Below are positions 11,293 to 23,770 of a stretch of 64,000 nt of DNA, in pieces. The notes under the pieces are model-generated. The model did not search any database. It was not told the origin of the DNA and saw only the letters and a program-made list of their open reading frames with translations. This stretch comes from Octopus sinensis (taxonomy: Eukaryota), in contig NC_043019.1 in the NCBI RefSeq assembly GCF_006345805.1, positions 1,240,001 to 1,304,000 of the forward strand. The letters run 5' to 3'. The stretch's first letter is position 1. Every line of letters begins with the position of its first letter. The translations under genes were made by a program, and so were the position numbers.

Positions 11293-11715
11293 TATTTCTT
11301 TACTACCCAAAAGGAGCTAAACACAGAGGGGACAACCAAAGACAGACAAAGGGATTAAGTCGATTACATCGACCCCAGTGCCTAACTGGTACTTATTTAA
11401 TCGACCCCGAAAGGATGAGAGGCAAAGTCGACATCGGTGGAATTTGAACTCAGAACGTTACAACAGACGAAATACCTATTTCTATTTCTTTACTGCCCAC
11501 AAGGGGCTAAACATAGAAGGGACAATCAAGGATAGACAAAGGGATTAAGTCGATTACATCCACCCCAGTGCGAAACTGGTACTTTATTTATCGACCCCGA
11601 GAGGATGAAAGGCAAAGTCGACCTCGGTGGAATTTGAATTCAGAACGTAACGACAGACGAAATACCGCTAAGCATTTCGCCCGCCGCGCTAACGTTTCTT
11701 TCCAGCTTGCCGCCT
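11293..11715 (-). mobile_element. SINE group B, tandem arrangement (one full copy plus a repeated 3' part)
   Basis: The minus strand has a tRNA-like head (GAGTTCAAATTCC B box) and a central GTCGACTTTGCCTTTCATCCT..CGGGGTCGATAAA..AAGTACCAG block that resembles the Meta-SINE domain (from memory). Confidence 0.85.
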
Positions 11716-11736
11716 CGCATACAAACATATAGATAT

Positions 11737-12100
11737 AGGCGCAGGCGTGACTGTGTGGTAAGAAGCCTGCTACCCAGCCTCATGTTTCACGCTTCAGTAC
11801 TCCTGCGTTGTATCTTAGGCAAGTATCTTCTACTAGAGCCTCGGGCCGATGAAAGCCTTGTGAGTGGATTTGATAGATGGAAACTGAAAGAAGCCCATCA
11901 CATATGTCTGCTTGTCATACCCATCACTACTTGATAACCAGAATTGATGCATTTACGTCATCGTAACCTAGAGGCTCGGCAAAGCGTTCGACAGAGTAAG
12001 TACCACGTTTCATAAAAAGAAAATAAATTCTCGGATCGATACACTCGAATAAAAACAGTGCTCCAGCATGGCTCCAGACACAGGACTGAAGCAAGTGAAA
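11737..12100 (+). mobile_element. SINE group A, diverged
   Basis: Head and tail motifs are recognisable; the internal microsatellite is largely lost. Confidence 0.75.
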
Positions 12101-12322
12101 ATAACACACAAAAATAAAGAAAGGGAACCGGATCTGTACCATTTACGCTTCTATTTTATGCACAAAACAATAAAGTGATACTTCAAACATACTACTAACT
12201 CTTCCAGTGTTTCTATACACGATCTTCTGATTACCAGAAATTAGTAGCCATTTTTAAATAATCCCTTATATAGCTGGTTCGATGACGGAAATCAATGGTA
12301 CCATCTTATTTTATCAATAATA

Positions 12323-12452
12323 TAAGGTTGTCCCAAAAGTTCGTAAACATAAATGTCTTTATTTTGAGGAATAATTTTTGTTGTCTTTGTTAGTACTTGG
12401 CGAGTAAAAATTCAATTTTCGCAAGTGTTTACGAACTTTTGGGACAACCTAA
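12323..12452. mobile_element. Short mariner-type MITE
   Basis: TIRs AGGTTGTCCCAAAAGTTCGTAAACA / TGTTTACGAACTTTTGGGACAACCT in a TA context. Confidence 0.85.
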
Positions 12453-12539
12453 TACCATATTTTATCATGGATACAATACATAAAGATTCCCAACTCACTA
12501 TTTTAGATAGTCTTACTTGCTCCCATTACTCGGGAGCCC

Positions 12540-12830
12540 ATGCAATATAATCTTTAGCCCATTCATGGCCCGCCAACTTCATCGTCAGGTATAAGCGAAG
12601 GTTTTTCCTTGGGCCATAGGCGTGTAATCTACCTTCGAAATGTCTGTTGTTAATTGTTCGTCAATACACAATGAAGCTCTCTTTCATTAATTCGAGGGAA
12701 ATCACACAACAGCATGCTATTCTATTGTTGAGAGAAATTCTTTATATTTTTCTATCAATCCTAGGGGTTGTTACTCGTTTCCTACCATAATTACCAATAT
12801 TGTGTGCCTCCAAATCCTCGTTCTTTTCCA
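12540..12830 (-). pseudogene. Decayed piggyBac transposase fragment
   Basis: The minus strand reads SLCIDEQL followed, after a frameshift, by FEGRLH, resembling the piggyBac L.IDEQL..FKGR motif. Confidence 0.45.
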
Positions 12831-13485
12831 TTTTTTCTTAATTGTCCTAATTGTCTGATTTTAAACATTTAGTTTCTTTGCTCTTTCTCTCTGTTTAACT
12901 GAGGTATCAATCAAATACACTTCTATTTGCCCAATTTTATGGCGACTATGATCTCTTTGTTTACCCAACTCGGCCTGGAATCGAAATAACGCATTATTTA
13001 CACTTTAAATGCATTTTACTACATGAATTTCTAACAAACACAACCCAGAGTAAGTAGAAAGTCATTAGAACACAAACTAACACTCTACACCTTACACTAC
13101 TCGAATAAGACTGAAGGAAACGTGGGCTGCATCAGCTGTGCTGCATACAGGCATTTAGTGTTGCCACACAACAGAAGCTCATTATTGCCAGATTTCACTA
13201 GAAACCTGTATAAGCCATAGCTAAAATCAATGTCACAGAATATACAGTTGTACATTTAATATAATTTAAACTCATTTGTCTCATTTACACAGCCAAAAAA
13301 GCAAAAAAATATTGTTTTCCAAAAAATCCATAATAATGTTTCCAATACTACATATATGTATATATATATATACATATACACATATATACATACATGTATG
13401 TGGGTAAGCATAAACTACTGTGTTTTTTGCTGTTCCAATTATGTTATTTAATGGAAGATTTACTAATAAAATGGAGCATTTATAA

Positions 13486-13523
13486 CACTACTGCTACTAC
13501 TACTACTGCTGCTGCTACTACCA

Positions 13524-13558
<35 letters not shown>

Positions 13559-13582
13559 ACTGCTACTGTTCCAACTACTACT

Positions 13583-13625
<43 letters not shown>

Positions 13626-13690
13626 ATAATAATAATATAATAATAATAATAATAATAATATAATAATAATAATAATAATAATAATGTTAA
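13486..13690. repeat. Compound trinucleotide microsatellite (ACT)n/(GCT)n/(AAT)n
   Basis: Read directly from the sequence; it explains the poly-T/A/N and poly-S ORFs. Confidence 0.97.
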
Positions 13691-14139
13691 TAATAATACC
13701 ATCGTCACCGCCTTCACCTTCATTACTACTACTACGAAGTCAACTCAACAAGCTGTTTGTAGTTCTTGTATTACATTAGCTAAAACATTTTCAGAGTCCA
13801 TGGGGGGTTATATGCTTAATTCCTAAAAAGCTATTTGTTTTCGTCTTTGTTTTTTTCTTTTTTTTTTCTTTTAGTGTCTGTAAGAGACATATGAATAGTG
13901 TGTCAGTTATCAGTCTATGTAGAAGTTATCAGTCTATCTCAGATGAAATTCTGAAATCAACACTTTAAGCTAAAGAAATTTGTCACCTGAGAGACCACTT
14001 AATAAAATGATGCATTCATCCCTCGTGGTATTTGAGCTTTACAAAAAGTCAATTAAATGCTTTTGTTCTTATAGCTAAGGTATTTCTTATCAAGTGTCAT
14101 ATTATGAATAAAGGAATAAAGATCCCCTTCGGTCATAAT

Positions 14140-14330
14140 TGCAACTAGAGAGGCCGCCCTCGAGGCATAAGTGCAGGCAAGGTTATTTGTTGAAGACCAG
14201 CACTCATTCATGCATATCACCCTTCTCTCTCTACACCACTGATGTTATCCAAGGGAAAGGCAAAAACCGATACGGTTTGGCATCTGTGACCTCACAAATC
14301 ATTTATACAGCTGAGTGAAATGGAGCAACA
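14140..14330 (-). mobile_element. SINE group D, 3' part
   Basis: Inverse homology to 26950-27178. Confidence 0.7.
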
Positions 14331-15254
14331 TTTCTTTACATCTTATTAGAGTTTCAGAGAATAGATATATTTCTTACGGAGATGTACTTGCATCGCAAGT
14401 GATTTGATCTGAGATCGTGTGCTGAAACGAAAACAGTTGCAGCCTGGAAGGTGTTTGTAAGCCATTTAGGAAACACACAAAAGCCGTTCGGTTCACTTCA
14501 ACATTCAAGTTTAATTTGTCAAAATATTTTCGCGCTTTAAACCGCGACCTCTTCACTGACAAAAATCCGTGTATTTCTTAAAATGTCCAAAGTTTAGAAG
14601 TGTAAAAACATTTGACAACAACATGTCAGTTGGTTGTTTAATTAAAAGACATTCAAGTAGGTTACAATATCATTTTCAGGTGAAAATGATACTAAATTCA
14701 AAAGACCGTGATCTTATATTAGTGGGGTTGTTTTCATTTTATCTCTCTCTTTCTCTTTCTCTGCCTTTTGCCTATTATTTTGAATCGAAATTAACAGGTT
14801 CACGAATTGTGATGCTTCAAAGAATTAAGTCTTGAAAGAGATAACTTTATACTAGAATATAATGTTGCTGGTTTAAGGTCATCTAAATCGCATTTTCTAA
14901 ATAATTATGCATTTATTTAACAGCCATTTTCATTGTAATTATAAATTGTTGCTTAGTGCTCAAGTTGGTTTCATCAAGTTAGACTGTTTCCCAAATTATC
15001 TTGGAGAAAGAGAAGTGCTTACACCACGGTAATGAACAGCCGATAAAGTGTCGGTACGCTGCCCTAACATATCGATTACTCCTTATGAGTCTGAGAAAAA
15101 CGGTTCTACAATTTCTAAACAACTAAACAACTGGAAGAGGTGATTCGCCTACAGGAATCGAATCTTTGTTGCACATAAGCACTCTCACACCATCTAATCG
15201 ACATTGCATGTAAGGTGTGCCGCACGTCAGTTGTCGAAGTGATCGCAGGGCTAT

Positions 15255-15360
15255 CTGAGATGAAGTGTTTTGCTCAAGATTACAGTGAATCAACTGGTCT
15301 GGGAATCGAACACATGATCTCGTTATCGTGAGTGTAACTTTATAACTACTAAACCACGCA
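15255..15360 (-). mobile_element. SINE group D head fragment
   Basis: The minus strand has GTGTTCGATTCCCAGACC and TCTTGAGCAAAACAC motifs. Confidence 0.55.
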
Positions 15361-15580
15361 AATTTAAGACAATTGACTACCTCCCAGAAAATTTGGACAC
15401 TACTCACATGGCCCAATGCTTGAGCACCGCTAAGCATATTTCAAAAGAAAGTAATAATGAGCAGTACATTTCAACACGACGGGATTCTTTTAGTTAAACT
15501 TGACCAAGGACTTCAATGAATATACAAGGTGTCTGGTCTAGTGCTCTAATAACTCGGATATTCAGCATTTAATAATATAT

Positions 15581-15863
15581 GTGGGGAAGCGCAATGGCCC
15601 AGTGGTTTCGGCAGCGGACTCGCGGTCGGAGGATCGCGGTTTCAATTCCCAGACCGGGCGTTGTGTGTGTTTATTGAGAGAAAACACCTAAAAGTTCCAC
15701 CAGGCTCCGGCAGTGGATGGTGGTGACCCCTGTTCTCTCACTCTCTCTTCCTGTTTCTTGAGCAACGTTGCAAAGGACTGGCATCTCGTTCAGCTGGGGG
15801 GAACACATACGCCACAGAAACCGGGAAACCAAGCCCATGAGCCTGGTTAGGCTTGAAAAGAGC
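15581..15863 (+). mobile_element. SINE group C head with GGAAACCGG-type tail
   Basis: The head is as at 9341; the tail CAGCTGGGGGAACACATACGCC..GAAACCGGGAAACC is as at 55916-55980. Confidence 0.8.
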
Positions 15864-16666
15864 AAAAAAAGAAAAAATATATATATATATGTAGCTCCAC
15901 TTCCAGATGGTATGAATTCATAATAAATAACATCATGCCACATAACCAACAGAATACAGGAATAAGTTACCGATAGCAATACAGGAATACACAACAAAAC
16001 AGCCTTTTATTTATGAAAATAAAAGTTTAATAAAATCTTCTTAGTAGATTTTAATGCGAATTCAAAATAGATATCAAAATTTGATTTTAAGCTCTTCCTC
16101 TCCGAACCAGCAATACATATTGTAATTTAATTCACCATGTTTATCCAAAAATACTTTGATATTTTTCAATTATTGTTAATCTGCGAGATATAAGAAGTAT
16201 AGCTATTTTTTTCTTTTTTTTTTCTTTTTTTTTTTTTTTTTTTTTTTTTTTGCTTTCTGGAAGTCATTTTTCAGAATCTGAATGTAAATTATGTACGTTT
16301 CAATTACTTGCATATATATATATTTACAACACAACTAAATGCAATTAGATTTGTGTTGCATTTCTGAATAAAAAGCGAAATGAGAAGTTCTGGGTTTTTC
16401 AGTTTAGTGAGATGCGTTTATAATGGAATTTGTTGTAAATTTGGACAATATGGTTTAAATTTTAACAAATGCAATAGGCAAAAAAAAGAAAATGGCAATG
16501 AGTTTAAATAAAATGTAAAAAGGCAACGTCAATCATGTTTCGGGTCTATGAAGTAATTATAAAAGATGCTGTTGTTAAAGAACATTAAATTTAATAAGCA
16601 CACACATGAATAAGTCTACCAGAAACGGAAAAAAAAAATAGAATTTCATATCCTATATGTCGTATG

Positions 16667-16728
<62 letters not shown>

Positions 16729-16844
16729 TTTTGTGTGTGTCTTTGTGTCTGTGTATACCCATGTGTGAATGAGTGCCCATCTGTATATACGCACATATAT
16801 ATGCACACACACACACACACACACACATAGATGTTATTTTATAA

Positions 16845-17074
16845 TTTTACTTCTTTCTGTCATTTGACAGTAGCCATGCTGGAGCCCCGCCTTTAGTCGA
16901 GCAAATCGACCCCGCGACTAATTCTTTGTAAGCCTAATGCTTATTCTATCGGCCTCTTTTGGCAAACTGCTAAGTTAAGGGGGTGTAAGCGCACCAACGT
17001 CGGTAGTCAAGCGATGGTGAGGGGTACAAACACAGACACACAAATATATACACACACGCACATACATACACACA

Positions 17075-17108
<34 letters not shown>

Positions 17109-17390
17109 TAGATAGATAGAGAGATGTAGATATAGATATATACATATATATATGTATAAATACATATATATATATATATATGTATATACATATGTATATA
17201 TGTGTGTATATTTACATATATATATACGACGGGCTTCTTTCAATTTCCCTCAACCAAATCCACTCACAAGTCATTGGCCGGCCCGAGACTCTTGTAGAAG
17301 ACACTTGTCCAAAGTGCCACGGAGTGGATCAGGACCCGGGACCATGTGGTTGGAAAGCAAATAACTTACCACACAGTCATTCCTGCGCCT
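16845..17390 (-). mobile_element. SINE group A, full length, with expanded internal microsatellite
   Basis: Homology to the other copies. Confidence 0.9.
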
Positions 17391-18047
17391 ATACACACAC
17401 ATACACGCACGAACATGTGTGTACGTTACGTGTGTGTGTGTGTGTATGAGAGCGTGTGAGCGTGTGTGTGTGTGTGCAGTCTCACTTAAAAAACAGTTAG
17501 CCCATAAAACATGTAACCTCCTCATTGACGTATGATTGCTCTATCGAGAAAGCTCATTAAGCCAGGAATAGATGGGCAATTTTCTGTTATACAAGCACAA
17601 AATCATCACAAAGATTAAATACAAAATTGCGAAAACACAAAATTAAAATGCATTAAATTATATAAACAATAAATAGTATTATTCCAGCAGTTTATAATTT
17701 CTATATGATATATGATAATGCTTCGCTTGGGGAAAAATAATCCGATGTACTTATGTTTTTAAGAATTGACATTTTTACAATTTTATAATTTTTACTATTA
17801 AACAATGGATAATGTTTGAAACACGAAATGTCTAATAGCCGATTTCGCTTTCTCTCTTTCTTTTGGTATTAAAAGTACATATGCCACATTTTATATGTGT
17901 GTGTTTGTCTGTGTGTGTGATGTTTGTGTGTATGTACGCATGTTTATATATATATATGTATGTATATAAATACATATATAAACACGCATGTATATATATA
18001 TATATATAATATATTAAATTAGAGACAAAACCACTATTAGGCTTATT

Positions 18048-18081
<34 letters not shown>

Positions 18082-18802
18082 CATAAACACTTACGCTTAT
18101 TTGTGTGCGTATATATATATATATTTATACAGACAGATAGACATATACATACATACATACATACATACAAACATACATACATACATACATACATACATAC
18201 TTACATACATACATACATACATACATAGAGATACAGAGATGGATTCTACATATGTAACTGGTGTTGAGTCGGATCCTGTGTGTGTTTAGGGACAACTGTT
18301 TGAAAGTTTTTTTTTTTCTGATTGTTACATTCTGTGATATATTGGAAGTGTATGCATGCGTTTTTCATTATATCTAGGCCTATAAATATAATATAATCAC
18401 CTGGCCTTTGACCTAAATCTTGTTTCATTTCTACCATATAAGCTAGAGTTATATCCCTAAATTCTCATTCTCAACACATTGTAGGAAACACCAATTTGCC
18501 GGGTTTTTTTTTCCTGGGCTAGTTCTGGATAACCTGCAGTGGTTCAAAACCGGATGTAACTCGTATCATTTCTTTCTTTTTTTTATACCAGTGAATTTAC
18601 TGATTATTTTCATTTTTTATGTTTCATTTCTTGAGTTCTCTTCGTAAATTTGTAATCGATTCGAGAAATGGTGCAACGTCGATTGATATGGCATCTTGTA
18701 AATTGTTGTTGTCTTGCTGGTCTCTTTCTTTTTCTAACCTATTCTAGAAGCTTTTCTAACCTATTCAAAAAGACTGAACTGATTTCATTACGCAATATTT
18801 TA

Positions 18803-19305
18803 GTTAAGTTAAGTTAAGTTAAGTTAAGTTAATTTTTTGGCTCAAAAAGCAAAAAGCAAGGCCATGTAGGGGGAGATGGAGTTATGTACAGGGTGGTGTT
18901 CATGTAAAGAGTTCAGGACATTTCTGGTCAAGAGAGACTTTGAACCGAGCGGTCGTCGGCATCTTCACTATCTCGTCCGGCGGCTTATTCCACGGAACCG
19001 CAACCCGGACGGAGAAAGCCCCTCTCCTTCGATTGAGATGAAATCGTCGCAGATAGAGCTATTCGGAGTGACCCCACAGTCGTCGCTCTGGAGCAGGAGT
19101 GAAGAACAGCTCTTTCGAGAGGTTACACTTTCCGCTTATGATGTTGAGAGCGAGAATGAGATCACCTCGGCGTCGTCGTTTTTCTAGAGAATAAAGGTCG
19201 AGCGTCTTCAGCCTTTCTTCATAAGACAAATGCTTGAGACCAAGAACCATGCGGGTAGCCAGCTTCTGGACTCTTTAGAAATGATGTATGTCTTTGAATA
19301 CCCAC
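18803..19305 (-). mobile_element. CR1-type LINE, 5'-truncated 3' end with (TTAAC)n tail
   Basis: RVQKLATRMVLGLKHLSYEERLKTLDLYSLEKRRRRGDLI...GHS...FSVRVAVPWNK...FKVSLD matches the CR1 ORF2 C-terminus; pentamer tail at 18803-18832. Confidence 0.9.
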
Positions 19306-19309
19306 GATG

Positions 19310-19630
19310 AACTTACATTTCCCGAGTTACATATGTTCAATGTGACCACCACCTGTAGCATGGGCAACATCTTCCCAGGCGCGTATCAGCATATCATGAT
19401 CCACTGATATGATCGTCGTTGATTGACTACAGCCATTGAAAACTTGGAAATTCCTACTTCTACCCAGTAATCTCGTTGACCTTCAAAATCGAATAACAAC
19501 AGCGATCAACTCAGTGGAATGTGATATACATATACACATCAGGGAAGAATTTTCTTTCGCATTTATATTTCCCATGCTGCAGGTGGTTTCACATTGAACA
19601 CTCGTAAGACAGGAAATAAAAGTTGGCTGT
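19310..19630 (+). mobile_element. Internally deleted Tc1/mariner-like element
   Basis: Inverted termini TGTTCAATGTGACCACCACCTGTAGCATGGG vs CCCATGCTGCAGGTGGTTTCACATTGAACA; internal NLVDLQNRITTAINSVECDI resembles a transposase C-terminus. Confidence 0.6.
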
Positions 19631-19729
19631 AAATAAATACTTGTGACTTAGCTGGAGTTTTCTATTGCAATTCCTTATTAAAATATTGCGTAGTGAAATC
19701 GGCTCATTGTTTTTGAATAACTCTGCATG

Positions 19730-19773
<44 letters not shown>

Positions 19774-19983
19774 GAAATATTAAAATAACTAAGTCTCTCT
19801 AAAAGAGAACAGCGGCAGCGTTCCCGGAAAATAAGTAGTGTGGAGCGACTGACCTCCCTTGTTCGAAGGTTATATGGATACAGTTTGTGTATCAAATAGC
19901 TAACTTAAGGCGATGGCCTCATGGAGCTAATAAGCGGACAGCTTTTTTCTTATTTTTATAAGAATGCCATATTAGTATGGCGA

Positions 19984-19984
<1 letters not shown>

Positions 19985-20022
<38 letters not shown>

Positions 20023-20130
20023 ATATATATATATCTAATATATTATATATAATTATATATATAATATATATATATGTATGCATGTATGTGTGGTATCCTT
20101 ATATATATATATATATATATAATATATATA

Positions 20131-20181
<51 letters not shown>

Positions 20182-20222
20182 TATATTATATATATATATG
20201 TATGTATATATGTATGCATGTA

Positions 20223-20253
<31 letters not shown>

Positions 20254-20360
20254 GCACACACACACACACACATACATATATATATATACATTCATACACA
20301 CATTCATACATACATACATACATACATACATACATACACACATACATACACATATATTTT
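19985..20360. repeat. Compound microsatellite (TA)n/(TG)n/(TACA)n
   Basis: Read directly from the sequence. Confidence 0.97.
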
Positions 20361-21384
20361 TTGATGGAAAACCCAGCAGGTGTTTTATTTTGGGACTTAT
20401 GAATCGAATATTTTAAAGTTGATTCAAAAATATGCGTATAACTAATGAAAATCAATGAACGAAATGTATTATTTTTCGGCAAAAGAAATCAATATAAAAA
20501 AAATGAAATGCCTTAATTAGTCGAGTCAAATTTTAAAAGAAATCGAACGCAGTTTTACTTTTTACCGCATTAAACTAAAATGAAATAATATTAATTATTC
20601 ATATTGATTATCAAAAATTATAATTATAAATAATTAATCTGCTACATATTCTGTCTGCGCCATCATTAATCATATCCTAGTAATCACTTTTATACCGATG
20701 CTCCGTGTTTTCTCCGCATCAGTGAGCATCACCTTTGTATATCATTGCTTAATGTTGCCTTTGAGTACTGCTCCATTCATTTCAGTGCCCGTCACACATG
20801 TAGAGAGAAAAAAATACACATTAGGACAAAAAAGCACTGAAGACAAATTGTTTTACCGAGAATTCTTTTCATCATATACCGTCCAAAATTACACGGAGTG
20901 TCGGTAGCACCCGTATTTGCATAATGTTTCATAGAATATATGAAGCAAATCTATTTGTATCAAAGAGAAATCAGATGGTATGCAACATATTAAAGCTCAT
21001 CAGATTCATTTGCGTTTAGTTGTCTGTAAGCATTCATCCGTTAACATAACACGGTATATAGGTGCAGAACCATTCGTATGGACCAATTCAGGTGCTGCAC
21101 CTGTTAGATAACACTCCTATATATATATATATAGGAAGCGATGAATAGTTTTGCGGAAACCATGGTACGCTTTGTTTTCTGACTTTATAATCATCTTATA
21201 ATGATCTCATAATAATTACTTTCATGACTTTTAATACTACCTTAGTCAATCTAAATGTATATATTTGTCGTTACCTGTCATAAAAAGCCTTTTTTTATTT
21301 ACAATGTGCATTTTCGTTGATATTTCATATTTTACCCTTACATTTCCACGTGTATTTTATGTTTTCTTTTTATAACATATTCTA

Positions 21385-21432
<48 letters not shown>

Positions 21433-21437
<5 letters not shown>

Positions 21438-21804
21438 TTATTAGAGACAAAACCACTATTTGCAAAACAAACAGGAAAGACTTAATCAATACATAAATTT
21501 TAATAAATAGTCAAAAAAACCGCCACTACAATTGTTACTTGTCTTGATCGACAATCTTCATAATTTGAAACTGACTTATTGGAAGTCCACCTGAAGATTG
21601 TCGATCAAGACAAGTAACAATTGTAGTGGCGGTTTTTTTTACTATTTATTAAAATTTTATGTATTGATATAGTCTTTCCTTGTTTGTTTTGCAAAATAGT
21701 GGTTTGTCTCTAATAATATTTTATAATATTTTACTATAAAATTGGATTTAATCCTAACATCTGATTTTTTCCCTGTAAATTTGGATTTATTCCCTAATAT
21801 TTAT

Positions 21805-21810
<6 letters not shown>
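21433..21810 (+). mobile_element. Penelope-like pLTR-type fragment with inverted arm and hammerhead
   Basis: 21433-21560 is the inverse of 21592-21722; bounded by (TA)n; same family as 6907-7290. Confidence 0.7.
21587..21629 (+). ncRNA. Type I hammerhead ribozyme motif with one core mutation
   Basis: CCAC-CTGAAGA-TTGTC-GATCAA-GACAA-GTAAC-AATT-GT-A-GTGG. Helix II is a perfect 5 bp and helix III is the palindrome ACAATTGT, but GAAA is changed to GTAA. Confidence 0.6.
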
Positions 21811-21839
<29 letters not shown>

Positions 21840-22696
21840 TATATATATATATATATATAATATATATGCAGGTATATGTATATATGTATCTATGTATGTA
21901 TGTATGTATGTATGTATGTATGCATGCATGTATGTATGTATATATAAATCACTCTTTCGGAAACATCTAGAATTTCAATCAAAGAAAGTTGACCACACCC
22001 ATACTATTTTTCTTTAATGGACAACACAAAAGAGTGAGTCCTGGAAATGCAATTATAATTTTTACGGAAGTCAAAAACATCTGGTTTTCCAATTAAAACC
22101 TTGACCAATTCAAATACAAAAATTATGTTTCCTTTCTCTTCTTTTTCCTCCCCACCTTAAAACGCCACTAAGAACTAAACAAACATGTCTGACCATATAA
22201 CAGTGACGCCTCTTTATCTTCCCCTCCTTATCAAAAATTCTTTTCTTCTTTCTTCTTCCTTCTTCGGCAAACCGCAGACAACTCTTTATACAACAGCCAA
22301 CAAATCTAAATTTGAACCGTTTTTGATAGAACCGATAACGGAAGAAAGCGCTAAAAATGTAAATAGGATGTGAATAAATAAAAACATATATATAATCACC
22401 CAGCAGTCTGACAAACTTATTACAATGTTATGACCCGAATCAGCTTCATGCGATTTTTGGATGTGTAGTCTATTCTTAGCTACCATAGCGATAAATTGAA
22501 TTTCTTCCATCTTCTTGCTCTGTTAAACTATTTGAAACATTTTTTATTAATGTGTCCGCCTAGTTAAAATTCTTTTTGTGCAACTGATGATGGTACTTCA
22601 TCTAAATTGATGTCATGATTGCATTGTTCAATTAAATGGAGTCGCTTGAAACGGTCGTACTGCATCACTACATGCTATCCTGTTGCTTATTTTGAT

Positions 22697-22730
<34 letters not shown>

Positions 22731-22754
22731 ATATATATAGATATATATATATAT

Positions 22755-23770
22755 ATTAGAAAAATTGAGGTAATCAGATCAGATGGTTATATTTGTAGAT
22801 ATTATTTATATATTACATTTTTTACATATATATCATATCATTCGGATTAGCGCTGCTCCCATTCTAGTGGGTTTTCAAATCAAATCAGTTGTGGGTAGTT
22901 TGAACCTTTTTATAGTTTCGTAGTAGTGGTTGAGGAGGAAGTGAGGCAGAGAGAAAATATGTGTGTATGTGTGTGTGTGTGTGTGTGGTGCGTGTGTGTG
23001 TGTGCGCATTTATATCTGAGAGTGAAGAAGTGTTATTTCCGTTGGTCTGCTGGACCCCCTGTGGTTTATAAGAACTTTGGCTGTCCATTTCAATGTCACT
23101 GAGTGTGTGTTTGTGCATAGGTTGGCCTGGCAAATGTCATTTGGGGGTCACACTTCTATGATCATTCTGTGGAGGTGTGTGTGTTGTGTTTGTTCTGTGT
23201 GTCTGTGTGTGTTTTTGTGTTTGTGTGTGTGTGTGTGTGTGTATGGTGTGTGTGTGTGTGTCTGTGGTGTTGGAGAAGGGGAGAGAGACACAAAAGAGAA
23301 AAGGGAAAATAAAAAAATAATAATAAAAATAAAAAAATTAAAAAAATTAAAAAAATAAAATAAATAAAAATAAAAAAAAAAATAAAAAATAAATAAAAAA
23401 ATATAAAGAATAAATAAAAATATAAAGATAAAAAATAAAAAATAAAAATAAAAATAAAAATAAAAATAAGGGAGGAAGTGGAGAAGAAAAAATATTTTTG
23501 TGTGTTGATATTTATACCAACACATATATATACACACACACAGACTTATACATAAAAATTTGAAAAAACCTTTTTATCGGTTCAAAATGAACAACCAAAA
23601 TTATACCATCTTGAAAGTTGTATGTCATAGGAAAGTTAAAACTAAAAGTGACAATTAAAGGTAAAGATGGAAGTGAATTATAAAGATAATAAATAATATG
23701 ATGTATATAACAGGCAATACACACATCTACACACACACAGATTTTCCTTCAATGTATGTTGAGTAAAGTT
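22755..23770 (-). mobile_element. Probable 3' non-coding region of the Penelope-like element, rich in simple repeats
   Basis: Contiguous downstream of the GIY-YIG relic and ends in (TA)n. Its end resembles the arm at 27621-27680. Confidence 0.45.

Noticed and set aside
13394-13723. Mucin-like poly-Thr or poly-Ser ORFs
   Set aside because: Trinucleotide microsatellite with no flanking coding context.
14340-14590. Stretch that looks like a common octopus interspersed repeat
   Set aside because: Single copy in this window with no TIR or TSD found; recognition is from memory only.
22395-22525. Possible minus-strand exon MEEIQFIAMVAKNRLHIQKSHEADSG
   Set aside because: Weak donor site, no recognisable homology and no neighbouring exons.
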